From: Planctomycetota bacterium
Lineage (GTDB): Bacteria > Planctomycetota > PLA2 > JAEUHO01
Reading direction: 5' to 3'
Length of the DNA stretch: 64,000 nt
Assembly (NCBI GenBank): GCA_029259775.1
Contig: JAJDEN010000026.1
Coordinates: 60,059-124,058 of the forward strand
Shown piece by piece: positions 40,680 to 49,813 of this stretch (positions within the stretch are counted from its first letter, which is position 1; every line of letters begins with the position of its first letter). The position numbers and the translations under genes are program-made. The notes beneath the pieces are model-generated. The model was not told where the DNA came from. It did not search any database and worked only from the letters and a program-made list of their open reading frames with translations.

Positions 40680-42292
40680 GAGGCGATTCCTTCGGAGGGT
40701 GCGGCCTTCCCCTCGGCGGGCGCGGCGCGCTTCGAGAAGCGGGACGTGACCTTCTGCCACAGCACGGTGAACATCCCGCCGTGTCCGTCGTCGTCCTCAT
40801 CCTTCGGGTGTCCCTCGATCTCGTGCAGGTAGAAGCGGAAGCAGCTCTGCACGATGCTCATCGTCGGCACGGCGAGCAGGGCACCCCAGATCCCGAACGT
40901 GTGCTCGCCCGCGAGCAGCGAGAAGATGATGATCACCGGATGCATGCGTGCGTGCGTCCCCATGATCATGGGGTTGAAGATGTTGGCCTCCAGCACGTGG
41001 ATCAGGACGATCCAGCCCAGCGCGAAGAGCGCGGTGTCGAGCCCCTCCGTAGCGCCCACCAGCACGATCGGGATGGACGACACGATCGTGCCGAACACGG
41101 GGATGAGGCTCAGCACGGCGGCGACGCAGGCCAGCACCAGGGCATAGGGCACGCCAAAGACGAGCAGGCCGATGTACGTCAGGAGGCCGTTGACGCCGCA
41201 GATCACCAACTGGCCGCGAATCACACCGGCGAGGCCGTCGTCCACGTACTTCACCAGTGCGTGATAGGCCGACTCGTGGCGGGGCGGCGGCAGGCTCGCG
41301 AAGAAGCCGGCGATCACGCGGCGGTCCATCACGATGAAGGCCGTGAGCATCAGGATCAGGAAGAACTCGTAGATCGAGAACACGAGCTTGCCGGCCAGCG
41401 CCACGGCGCCCTTGCCGACTTTCTCGGGCAGGTCTTCCTTGAGCGTCTCACCTTGGATCGCAACGAAGTCGCGGACGAGCGTCGGCTCGACCTCGAAGCC
41501 GACGTCGGCGAGGTTCTCGACGATGGGGCTGATGAAGCGCCGCTCAACGAAGTACTCGAGGCCGGTCGCGGCCGCGCCGGCCGTGAGCTCGAGTCGCTCC
41601 GCGTCAGCGAACGTGACCTTCGTACCGTCCGCGTACGTGAGCCCCATCACGTCGGTGAACTCGGCCACGAGAACTTCCGGTGGCTTGCCATCCTTGGCGT
41701 GCTTGTGCTCGGGGCCGCTCTCGTGCTCGAGCAGCACCGTGACACGGCGCTCTTCGGGCGAGACCTTGATCTGGTAGAGCGTCGAGTACTTGCCGCCCTG
41801 CACGTCGAGGATCGTGCCCTTGGGGATCACGATCGTGCGCTCCACGGGGAGCACCTTCGGCGCGCCCTTGCTCTCGGCGCCCTTCGGTGCCTCGAGCTCC
41901 GGCAGGTAGAAGGTCGCCTTGTGGCCCTCCTCCTGGAGCGCCCGGCTGACGGATTGGGACGTCGATGTGATCGTCTTCGCGAGCTTCGTGATGCCGACCC
42001 AGCCGAGGACGGCGAGGCCGCCGAGCACGAGGACGTAGAGCGTCACGATCGTGGGGCCGCGCGTCCACTTGAGGCCAAGCAGTCGGCTGCGCACCACGCG
42101 CTGGACGATGGGCTCCACCAGGTAGGCGATGTAGATCGCCATCAGGAAGGGGAACAGCACCTTGTTGAAGACGACCAGCAGCAGCACGAAGACCACGGCG
42201 AAGGCCAGCAGGATGCGCACCCGCGGCTTGCGCAGCGAGGTCGGGGCCGCGTCGGGGCCCGCGGCCTCCTGCTCCGGTTTGTCTTCTGCCAT
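40676..42292 (-). CDS. AI-2E family transporter (PerM/UPF0118) with inserted soluble domain
   Basis: Multiple TM helices and the characteristic C-terminal block GVIRGQLVICGVNGLLTYIGLLVFGVPYALVLACVAAVLSLIPVFG...LLAVP of the AI-2E family. Confidence 0.85.
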   Translation of the reverse strand: MAEDKPEQEAAGPDAAPTSLRKPRVRILLAFAVVFVLLLVVFNKVLFPFLMAIYIAYLVEPIVQRVVRSRLLGLKWTRGPTIVTLYVLVLGGLAVLGWVGITKLAKTITSTSQSVSRALQEEGHKATFYLPELEAPKGAESKGAPKVLPVERTIVIPKGTILDVQGGKYSTLYQIKVSPEERRVTVLLEHESGPEHKHAKDGKPPEVLVAEFTDVMGLTYADGTKVTFADAERLELTAGAAATGLEYFVERRFISPIVENLADVGFEVEPTLVRDFVAIQGETLKEDLPEKVGKGAVALAGKLVFSIYEFFLILMLTAFIVMDRRVIAGFFASLPPPRHESAYHALVKYVDDGLAGVIRGQLVICGVNGLLTYIGLLVFGVPYALVLACVAAVLSLIPVFGTIVSSIPIVLVGATEGLDTALFALGWIVLIHVLEANIFNPMIMGTHARMHPVIIIFSLLAGEHTFGIWGALLAVPTMSIVQSCFRFYLHEIEGHPKDEDDDGHGGMFTVLWQKVTSRFSKRAAPAEGKAAPSEGIAS

Positions 42293-42363
42293 GAGCGGTA
42301 CGATACGGAGCAGCCCCGGGGGGCGAAAGGCGGCAACGGCATTCCCGCGGCGTTTGGAATCTT

Positions 42364-43779
42364 GTGCACCGCATGCGAACCCCGCCCCGGACGCTCCTGG
42401 CCGTCCTGCTGGCCGCGACCCTCACGGCGTCGCTGGGCGCCGGGGCCCCGGTGTGGGCCGAGCCGCCTGCCGGCAAGGTCAGCCCGGAGGCCTTGCGCGA
42501 CACCCTCGCGGGCCTGACGGCGCGCGGAGCGCCGGCGCGCATGGAGGCGCTCGGCCACCTGGACAGCCTGCTCTCGGTGGATCCGGCGGTGGGGCTCCAA
42601 GCGCTCTCGAGGCTCCGGGGCATCCTGCGGCTACGACGACCCGCCGAGGTCGCCCGCGTGCTCGGACTCCTCGTGCGGATCCCCGACAAGGAGGCGCGGG
42701 CGCTCTGGCTGGCACGGCTGGACCCGGCTGAGGAGCCCGATGACCGCGTTCTCGCCGCGGCCGTGGCCTCGACGAGGCAGGTCCGGAACGACGCAGCCGT
42801 CCTGCGTCTGCTGCTCGCGGCCGTGCGCGAGAAGGCCGTCCGCGACGGTCGCCTGACGCCGGCCCGTCGCGCGGTGCTGCTCGAGGCCCTGGGCCACCTC
42901 GAGAGCCCGGCGGTCGATCTGCTGCTGCTCCGTCCGCGGGCCGGCGAGCATTGGGTCGAGGCCAGCGCACGTGCCTTGGCGCTGGGCCACCGCGCTGCGC
43001 CGAGCTCCGTGCCGGCGTTGCTCGCGATCCTCGACCACAAGGAACTGGCCCCCCGGGTCCATGCCTGGGAGTCGCTCGTGCGCCTGACCCATCGGAACTT
43101 CCCGGCCAAGCTGGCGCCATGGAAGGCCTGGTGGGCCAAGCAGGACAACACGAAGCTCCCCGCGCGGCCGGCGCCCCCCCAAGCGGGCAAGCGCTATGCG
43201 ACGAAGAAGCCCGTCCACGTCCCACACTACTACGACATCCCGATTCCGCGCCCGGGCAGCCATGTGGTCTTCTGCCTCGACGCGAGCCAGAGCATGTACG
43301 GCCCGGGCATCGAGCAAGCGCGGCGCGAGTTGACGAAGACGATCATGGACCTGCCCTCGGCGCACGCGTTCGAGATCGTGGTGTTCAACGAGAAGGTGCT
43401 GCCCTGGGCCAAGCGCCTCGTGCGCGCCCATCCCGTCCAGAAGCACCTGGCGATCGAGCACCTGAAGCGGGTCGAGCCGACGAGCTACACCAACCTCTAC
43501 GGCGCCGTCGAGATGGCCTTCCGCCACGCGGGGCGGGGGATCCGCGAAATGCCCGCGACCGTCGAACTGGATGCGATCTTCCTCTTGTCGGACGGCGCGC
43601 CGAACCGCGGCCAGTTCCGCAGTCCCGAGCGCGTGGTCAAGCACATCGCCCGCATGGCCAAGCGCGGCACGGACCGCGAGATCCCGGTGCACACCATCGG
43701 CGCCGGCGAGGAGGTCTTCCCGCTGCTGCGCGCCATCGCGCGCGAGACGGGCGGCACCTTCGTGGACGCCTTCGATTGA
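42364..43779 (+). CDS. Secreted HEAT-repeat protein with C-terminal von Willebrand factor A (vWA) domain
   Basis: Signal peptide. vWA MIDAS-like HVVFCLDASQSMYG...LSDGAPN...TIGAG. Antisense ORF 42631-45012 rejected. Confidence 0.75.
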   Translation: MHRMRTPPRTLLAVLLAATLTASLGAGAPVWAEPPAGKVSPEALRDTLAGLTARGAPARMEALGHLDSLLSVDPAVGLQALSRLRGILRLRRPAEVARVLGLLVRIPDKEARALWLARLDPAEEPDDRVLAAAVASTRQVRNDAAVLRLLLAAVREKAVRDGRLTPARRAVLLEALGHLESPAVDLLLLRPRAGEHWVEASARALALGHRAAPSSVPALLAILDHKELAPRVHAWESLVRLTHRNFPAKLAPWKAWWAKQDNTKLPARPAPPQAGKRYATKKPVHVPHYYDIPIPRPGSHVVFCLDASQSMYGPGIEQARRELTKTIMDLPSAHAFEIVVFNEKVLPWAKRLVRAHPVQKHLAIEHLKRVEPTSYTNLYGAVEMAFRHAGRGIREMPATVELDAIFLLSDGAPNRGQFRSPERVVKHIARMAKRGTDREIPVHTIGAGEEVFPLLRAIARETGGTFVDAFD

Positions 43780-43840
43780 CCCGCAGGCGAGACGGGGGCC
43801 GCCATGCTTGCGCCAGCCGCGCGCGCGCGTAGCTTGCATC

Positions 43841-44949
43841 CATGAGCACCGATGCTGCCGAGATCCGCAAGCGCCTGAAGGCCCTCCGAGACCGCTTCGA
43901 GCGGCTCCGGGGGCGGCTTTGACCTCGATACCAAGCGCGAAGAACGATCCGATCTCGAGAAGCTCATGCTCGCGTCCGACTTCTGGGGCAACCAGGAGAA
44001 GGCGCAGCAGGTCGTCGCGCAGCTGAAGATCGTCAAGGCGGCCGTCGAGCCCTTCGACGACTTCCTGGCCAAGCTCGACGACGCGGACATCCTGTTCGGT
44101 CTCGGCGAAGAAGCCAGCGATGAGGAGACCCTGGTCGAGGCGGAAGCCGAGGCTGCGACGCTCGATGGCGAGATGGAGAGCCTCGAGTTCCGCACGCTCC
44201 TCTCGGGGCCCAACGACCAACTCGGGGCGTTCCTGCAAGTGAACGCGGGCGCCGGCGGCACCGAGTCGTGCGACTGGGCCGAGATGCTGCTGCGCATGTA
44301 CCGGCGCTGGGCCGAGCGCATGGACTTCAAGGCCGCGGACATCGAGATCCAAGCCAACGACGAGGCGGGCATCCGCTCGGCGCTGATCGAGATCCGGGGG
44401 CCGTACGTCTACGGGTACCTGAAGCACGAGGCGGGCGTGCACCGTCTCGTGCGCATCAGCCCGTTCGACGCCCAGAGCCGTCGCCAGACGACCTTTGCCT
44501 CGCTCGACGTGACGCCGCTGGTCGACGACTCGGTCGTCATCGACATCAAGGACGCGGACATCGAGATCGAGACCTTCAAGGCCGGTGGGGCGGGTGGCCA
44601 GCACGTCAACAAGACCGAGTCGGCCGTGCGCATCCGCCACCTCCCGACGGGCGCCGTCGTCTCCTGCCAGAACGAGCGTTCCCAGCACCGCAACCGCAAG
44701 GTCGCGATGCAGATGCTCAAGGCCAAGCTGATGCGTCTCGAGGAAGAGAAGCGCTCGGCTGCGGCGTCGAGCCGCTACGACGAGAAGGGCGAGATCGCCT
44801 GGGGCAACCAGATCCGCTCCTACGTCCTGAACCCGTACCAGCTCGTGAAGGACCACCGCACGGCGCACGAGACGGGCAACATCATCGCTGTCCTCGACGG
44901 CGACCTCACCCCGTTCATGGAGGCCGCCCTGCGCGAGCTGGAGACCTAG
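43841..44949 (+). CDS. prfB: Peptide chain release factor 2 with programmed +1 ribosomal frameshift (join 43841..43918, 43920..44949)
   Basis: Frame 0 [26 protein letters not shown] ends at CTT TGA C (43916-43922), preceded by an SD-like GGGGG. The +1 frame continues [22 protein letters not shown]... into the RF2 body ([17 protein letters not shown] with the GGQ motif). This is the canonical RF2 autoregulatory frameshift site. Confidence 0.9.
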
Positions 44950-45821
44950 CCCTTCGCGACCATCCGCTCGAACGCTGCCCAGCCGGCCAGCTGGGCGTCG
45001 GTCAGCGAGCACGTGCCCGTCGTCGCCTTCTTGTGGCGAACGGCGCGCAGCCAGCGGCGCGTCGCACGCGGCAGCTGCAGCTTGTCGTTCACGACGAGGC
45101 CCGTCACGCGCTGGAGGCGGTGGCGGTAGAGGATCTTCAGCTTCGTGTTGCGGTGCGCCACGTAGTCGTGCGCCTTCAGGATGCGCGCGGCCTTTTGCAC
45201 CGTGCCGCGCACGCGCCGCCCTTGCAACTCGCCGTAGGGGTGGCGGTCGAAGCTGATGGTGATGTCGTCGGCATAGCGCGTGTAGAAGCCATCGCGCTTC
45301 GTGATCATCTGCAGCAACATCGCGTCGAGCCCGACGTTGACCAGGTTGCTGAGCCGGGGGCTCGTGGGCGCGCCCTGGGGCAGGGCACCGTCGTGGGTCG
45401 TCATGCGGGTGAGCAGCGCCGCCGCCTTCTTGCTCCAGCCGATGCGCCGGAAGTAGCTCTCGACGCGCGACGAAGGCGTCGCCGGGAAGAACTCGATCAC
45501 GTCCATCTTGATGACGACGTCACGGCCCACGTGCGGCCGCGCGTTGTCGACGATGGAGCGACCCTTTTCGAAGCCCGTGGCGGCGGGGTGGGCGCGCAGC
45601 TTGGCCAGCACGCGGCGCAGGATCCGGCGCTGGATCTCCTTGGTCTCGTCGTTGGGGATCAGCAGCGTGCGGGTCCCGCCGCGCCGCTTGGGGATCCGCA
45701 CCTCCGCGTAGCGGATGCGCGCGCCATGCAGGACTTCGATGGGCATGCCCAGCCGCACGGCGAGCGTCTTGAGCCCCAGGCCCCAGCCGAGCGACGCGCG
45801 CAAGCGATGCCACATCCCCAT
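44946..45821 (-). CDS. Reverse transcriptase, compact (291 aa), retron-type (YADD + VTG motifs)
   Basis: RT domains: [14 protein letters not shown] (1), FFPATPSS (2), [15 protein letters not shown] (4), [12 protein letters not shown] (5, YADD), then [11 protein letters not shown] (the VTG motif typical of retron RTs). No RNase H, maturase or endonuclease domains. Confidence 0.85.
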   Translation of the reverse strand: MGMWHRLRASLGWGLGLKTLAVRLGMPIEVLHGARIRYAEVRIPKRRGGTRTLLIPNDETKEIQRRILRRVLAKLRAHPAATGFEKGRSIVDNARPHVGRDVVIKMDVIEFFPATPSSRVESYFRRIGWSKKAAALLTRMTTHDGALPQGAPTSPRLSNLVNVGLDAMLLQMITKRDGFYTRYADDITISFDRHPYGELQGRRVRGTVQKAARILKAHDYVAHRNTKLKILYRHRLQRVTGLVVNDKLQLPRATRRWLRAVRHKKATTGTCSLTDAQLAGWAAFERMVAKG

Positions 45822-46123
45822 GCGCCTACGCCTCCCTGTTCGCGTGAAGAAACGCGGGCGGAGACCCGGAGGTCTCCACCCGCGCCGGCCTTGCTACGGC
45901 AGCGCGGCTGCGTTGAGCTAGCCGTCCGGCCGCTCAACGCAGCCGGACTGCCGATCGAGTGAGTCTCAGGGACGCCCTTGCGGCCCGGACGACGAAGCAT
46001 CGCCCTGCATGGCTTCACACACCGCCAAGGCACGGCGGACGCATTCTGCCGCCCGGGGACCCCAGCCATCGGCCGGGCTGATGGCCGCATTCCGTGGGCG
46101 CCGTCGGTGGGCGCGGCTAGATC
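45822..46123 (-). ncRNA. Candidate retron msr-msd-like structured non-coding region upstream of the RT
   Basis: The 300-bp RT-proximal region contains a 14-bp perfect hairpin CGGCTGCGTTGAGC-N13-GCTCAACGCAGCCG (45905-45945), a ~13-bp bulged hairpin CGCGGGCGGAGACC-cgga-GGTCTCCACCCGCG (45853-45884) and a flanking inverted repeat GTGAAG/CTTCAC (45843-45849 / 46012-46019, a1/a2-like). Boundaries are not determined. Confidence 0.35.
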
Positions 46124-47719
46124 ATGGCCATGAACGACCTCGTCCGCGTCCAGCGCGCCTTGCTCTCCGTCTTCGACAAGACCGGCCTCGCCGAACTGGG
46201 CCAGGCCCTGGCCGCGCGCGGCGTCGAGCTCCTCTCCACCGGCGGCTCCGCGAGGACCCTGCGCGCAGCGGGCCTCGAGGTGAAGGACGTCGCCGAAGAG
46301 ACGGGCTTCCCCGAGATGATGGACGGCCGCGTCAAGACGCTGCACCCGCGCGTCCACGGTGCGCTGCTCGGACGCCGGGACGTCGATGCGGACGTCATGG
46401 CCGAGCACGGCATCCGTGGCATCGACCTCGTCGTCTGCAATCTCTATCCGTTCGAGGCCACGATCCAGCGTGAGGGCGTCACCTTCGCGGAGGTCATCGA
46501 ACAGATCGACATCGGTGGCCCCTCGATGGTGCGCAGCGCGGCGAAGAACCACCGCTGGGTCTCGATCGTCACCGACCCCGCGCAGTACGCCGATCTGCTC
46601 GCCGACCTCGACGCTCACGACGGCGCCACGACCATGGGCCTGCGTCGCAAGCTCGCCGCCGCCGCCTACGCGCGCACCGGCGCCTACGACGGCTCGATCG
46701 GTCGCTGGTTCGCCGCGCAGGAAGGCGAGACGCTGCCGCTCACCATGGGCCCGGCCGTCCGGACCGACACCCTCCGCTACGGCGAGAACCCGCACCAGGA
46801 AGCCGCCATCTACGTCGACCCGATGGCGCCGGCAGGCTCGCTGGCCGCGTCGAAGCTGCTCGGCGGCAAGGCCATTTCCTTCAACAACTACGGTGACGTC
46901 GACGCGGCGTGGGCGCTCGTGCGCGAGTTCGATCAGCCGGCATGCGTCGTCATCAAGCACGCCAATCCCTGCGGCGCAGCCCTCGGAGCGACGCAGGCCG
47001 AGGCCTACGAACGGGCCGTCGCCTGCGATCCGCGCAGCGCCTTCGGCGGCGTCGTCGCGTTCAACCGTCCGCTCGAGGCCGGCGTCGCCCGGGCGATGGC
47101 GGTGAAGGAGCGCTTCTTCGAGGTGGCGATCGCACCGGGCGTCGAGGACGGCGTGCCAGAGGTCTTCACCGGCGAGGGCGCGCCGAAGTGGGGCAAGAGC
47201 CTGCGACTGCTCGACGCGGGCACGGCCGGGACGCCGCCGCATGGCTTCGACATCCGCAGCATCGACGGCGGCCTGCTCGTGCAGACGCGCGACCGCGCCC
47301 CGTTCGGCGAGGGCGCGCCCACGAGCGTCAGCGCACGCGCGCCCACGGAGCAGGAGGCGGTCGACCTCGACTTCGCGTGGCGCGTCTGCAAGCACACGCG
47401 CAGCAACGCCATCGTCCTGGCGAAGGGCGGCCGCGCCGTCGGTGTGGGCGCCGGCCAGATGAGCCGGGTCGAAGCGACCGAAATCGCCGTCACCCGCGCG
47501 CGCCGCTGGGCCGAAGAGACCGGCGAGAGCCTCGAGGGCTGCGTCGTGGCGAGCGACGCCTTCTACCCCTTCAACGATGCCATTGAGACCGCCTTGGAGG
47601 CGGGCGCGAAGGCGATCGTGCAGCCTGGTGGGTCGCGCAACGACGAGCGGGCCATCACGCTCTGCGATGAACGCGGCATCGCCATGTGGTTCGCGGGCCA
47701 CCGACACTTCCGGCACTAG
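46124..47719 (+). CDS. purH: Bifunctional AICAR transformylase / IMP cyclohydrolase
   Basis: MGS-like N-terminal domain (ALLSVFDKTGL...LLSTGGSA...GRVKTLHP) and AICARFT domain (KHANPCG, ...GGTA...). 531 aa. Confidence 0.9.
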   Translation: MAMNDLVRVQRALLSVFDKTGLAELGQALAARGVELLSTGGSARTLRAAGLEVKDVAEETGFPEMMDGRVKTLHPRVHGALLGRRDVDADVMAEHGIRGIDLVVCNLYPFEATIQREGVTFAEVIEQIDIGGPSMVRSAAKNHRWVSIVTDPAQYADLLADLDAHDGATTMGLRRKLAAAAYARTGAYDGSIGRWFAAQEGETLPLTMGPAVRTDTLRYGENPHQEAAIYVDPMAPAGSLAASKLLGGKAISFNNYGDVDAAWALVREFDQPACVVIKHANPCGAALGATQAEAYERAVACDPRSAFGGVVAFNRPLEAGVARAMAVKERFFEVAIAPGVEDGVPEVFTGEGAPKWGKSLRLLDAGTAGTPPHGFDIRSIDGGLLVQTRDRAPFGEGAPTSVSARAPTEQEAVDLDFAWRVCKHTRSNAIVLAKGGRAVGVGAGQMSRVEATEIAVTRARRWAEETGESLEGCVVASDAFYPFNDAIETALEAGAKAIVQPGGSRNDERAITLCDERGIAMWFAGHRHFRH

Positions 47720-47904
47720 CTGCCTCATTTGGGGCGTGGATGCCCCGCATCGCTTGGGCGTCCCGCGCCCTGTGCTAGCCTGAAACCCCGATACGGCTGT
47801 CATCGACGTGGCCTGCTGCTCCGAGCAAGGTGCCTTCCCAGGCCGGGCCCCGCCGACGGTCGCCGTCTCTTCGAACCGCGCAGACACGCTGCTGTGTCGC
47901 GCTT

Positions 47905-49680
47905 ATGCATTCGACGGAAGACGACATCTTGAAATCCACGGACCGCCGGCTGGCCGAGTGCCAGCGTGTGATTGGCTACTACTTCTCCAACCCGAAGCTC
48001 ATCGAGACGGCGCTCACGCACTCCTCGCTGCGCACGCCGGACCGCGAGTGCAACGAGCGGCTCGAGTTCCTCGGGGACTCGGTGCTCGGCCTCGTGATCA
48101 CCGAGGACCTCTACCACCTGCTGCCCGACCAGAGCGAAGGCGAGCTGACGCGGATCAAGTCCGCGGTCGTCTCGCGCAGCGCCCTGCTCGTCACGTCCCA
48201 GGCGCTCGACCTGCAGCGCTTCGCAGAGTTCGCACGCGGCGTGGGCAAGCGTGACACGCTGCCTGCCAGCGTCGTCGCCAACCTGGTCGAGGCCGTCATC
48301 GGCGCGATCTACCTCGATGCCGGCTACTACCCCGCCCGCGAGTTCGTACTCCGGCACATGGGTGCGGCCATCGACGACGAGCTCAACGACCGCGGCGCCA
48401 AGAACTACAAGAGCCTGCTTCAGCACGAGGCGCAGCAGTCGGTCGGCGTCACGCCGACCTACCGCACCGTCGATGCCGACGGCCCCGACCACGCCAAGGA
48501 GTTCGTCGTCGCGGCGATCATCCGTGGCCAGGAGTGGGGCCGTGCCAGCGGCACGACCAAGAAGGATGCCGAGCAGGACGCCGCACGTCTCGCGCTCGAG
48601 GCCTGGGGCCGCCGGGGGCGTGGTCGTCGCCGGCGCCGCAAGCGCAAGGGCGAGACCGTCGCCGACCTTGGGGGATCGACACCCGACATCGAGATCGACC
48701 TGGAAGTCGACAGCGACGACCGCGACGTCACCGTCGACACGCGTCCGCCGGACGCCAAGCCCGCGGCGATCGACGCGGCCTCCGAGCGCAGCGTTGCTCC
48801 CCGAGAGGCTGCTCCCCGAGAGGCTGGCCCCCGGAAGGCCGCCCCCCGGAAGGCCGCCCCCCGAAAGGCTGCTCCCGCACCTGTAGATCCCGTCGCCGAA
48901 GCGCCGCGTGGCGGCTTCGGCGCCGGCATCGACGAGGCTGTGGCCGTCACGCCCGAGGCCAGCACGCCCGAAGCGAAGACGTCCGAGGCGGCACCCTCCG
49001 ACGCCGCATCCTCAGATCCGGCTTCGCCCGAGACCGAGAAGCGACCGCGTCGGCGCAAGCGCGCCCGTCGTCGTCGCCGTTCGGACGTCAAGGTCGAAGG
49101 TGCTGACGCCGCGGCCGGCGATGCCGCGCCGACAAAGGAGCCCGTCGACAAACCTTCCGTGGAGCCCGCTGTCCCCGAGCGCGCGCCGAAGATCGCACGG
49201 ACCCCCGCACCGCCGCCCGCCCCGGCGCCGGATCCGGCCCCCGTCCCCGAAGGGGAGAAGGCGCCTCGCCGTTCACGTCGCCGTTCGCGACGTCGCCCCG
49301 ACGCCGCCGCCGAGGCGCCCGCGCCGGCCGCCAGCGCGCGCAAGGTGCCTGTCGCCCGCCACGACGAGCCGCCGACGCAGGCAGCGCCTGCGCCGAAGGC
49401 AGGTGCGCCCGAGGCGGATGCTCCGAAGGCAGCCACGCCGAAGGCAGCCACGCCGAAGGCAGCCCCTCGAAAGGCATCGCCCCCGAAGACGCCTACGCCC
49501 AAGCCCGACCATGCCGGGTTCGGTGTGGGCATCGACGTCCCTGCCTCGAAGGGGCGCGCACCGAAACGGCCCGCGCCCGTGAAGGTCAAGAAGCTCGAAG
49601 CTCCCGGCCGCAAGCGCGCTCCCTCCACTGCCGCCCGCAAGCCGAAGAGCGACAAGGGCGGCTTCGGCAGCGGGATCTGA
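47905..49680 (+). CDS. rnc: Ribonuclease III with ~370-aa Ala/Pro/Lys/Arg-rich low-complexity C-terminal extension
   Basis: RNase III signature ERLEFLGDSVLGLVITEDLY and dsRBD (PTYRTVDADGPDHAKEFVVAAIIRG...DAEQDAARLALEAW). A long tail follows with repeats (KAAPRKAAPRKAAP; KAATPKAATPKAAPRKASPPKTPTPKP). Start at ATG 47905. Confidence 0.85.
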   Translation: MHSTEDDILKSTDRRLAECQRVIGYYFSNPKLIETALTHSSLRTPDRECNERLEFLGDSVLGLVITEDLYHLLPDQSEGELTRIKSAVVSRSALLVTSQALDLQRFAEFARGVGKRDTLPASVVANLVEAVIGAIYLDAGYYPAREFVLRHMGAAIDDELNDRGAKNYKSLLQHEAQQSVGVTPTYRTVDADGPDHAKEFVVAAIIRGQEWGRASGTTKKDAEQDAARLALEAWGRRGRGRRRRRKRKGETVADLGGSTPDIEIDLEVDSDDRDVTVDTRPPDAKPAAIDAASERSVAPREAAPREAGPRKAAPRKAAPRKAAPAPVDPVAEAPRGGFGAGIDEAVAVTPEASTPEAKTSEAAPSDAASSDPASPETEKRPRRRKRARRRRRSDVKVEGADAAAGDAAPTKEPVDKPSVEPAVPERAPKIARTPAPPPAPAPDPAPVPEGEKAPRRSRRRSRRRPDAAAEAPAPAASARKVPVARHDEPPTQAAPAPKAGAPEADAPKAATPKAATPKAAPRKASPPKTPTPKPDHAGFGVGIDVPASKGRAPKRPAPVKVKKLEAPGRKRAPSTAARKPKSDKGGFGSGI

Positions 49681-49813
49681 CCCGGATCCCGTTCATCGCG
49701 TAGTCTTGCGGCGCTCAGCCGTCGGGCGCCGGCCCGTTCTCGGGCCGCGGTCCGACCGCTGAGCAGGCTCACCGCTGAAGCAAGCCGCCGACTCCCTTCC
49801 GCCGATCGGAAGC

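Noticed and set aside
42631-45012. 793-aa minus-strand ORF
   Set aside because: Spans, in antisense, the vWA gene and prfB, both of which have clear family motifs.
44946-45821. Diversity-generating retroelement (DGR) or group II intron reading of the RT
   Set aside because: No template/variable repeat pair or target gene nearby. No maturase/endonuclease domains or intron RNA domains V/VI. The RT is small with a VTG motif, which favours a retron. Not fully excluded without a search.
45659-47887. 742-aa minus-strand ORF
   Set aside because: Antisense to purH. Also overlaps the RT gene in a different frame. No motifs.
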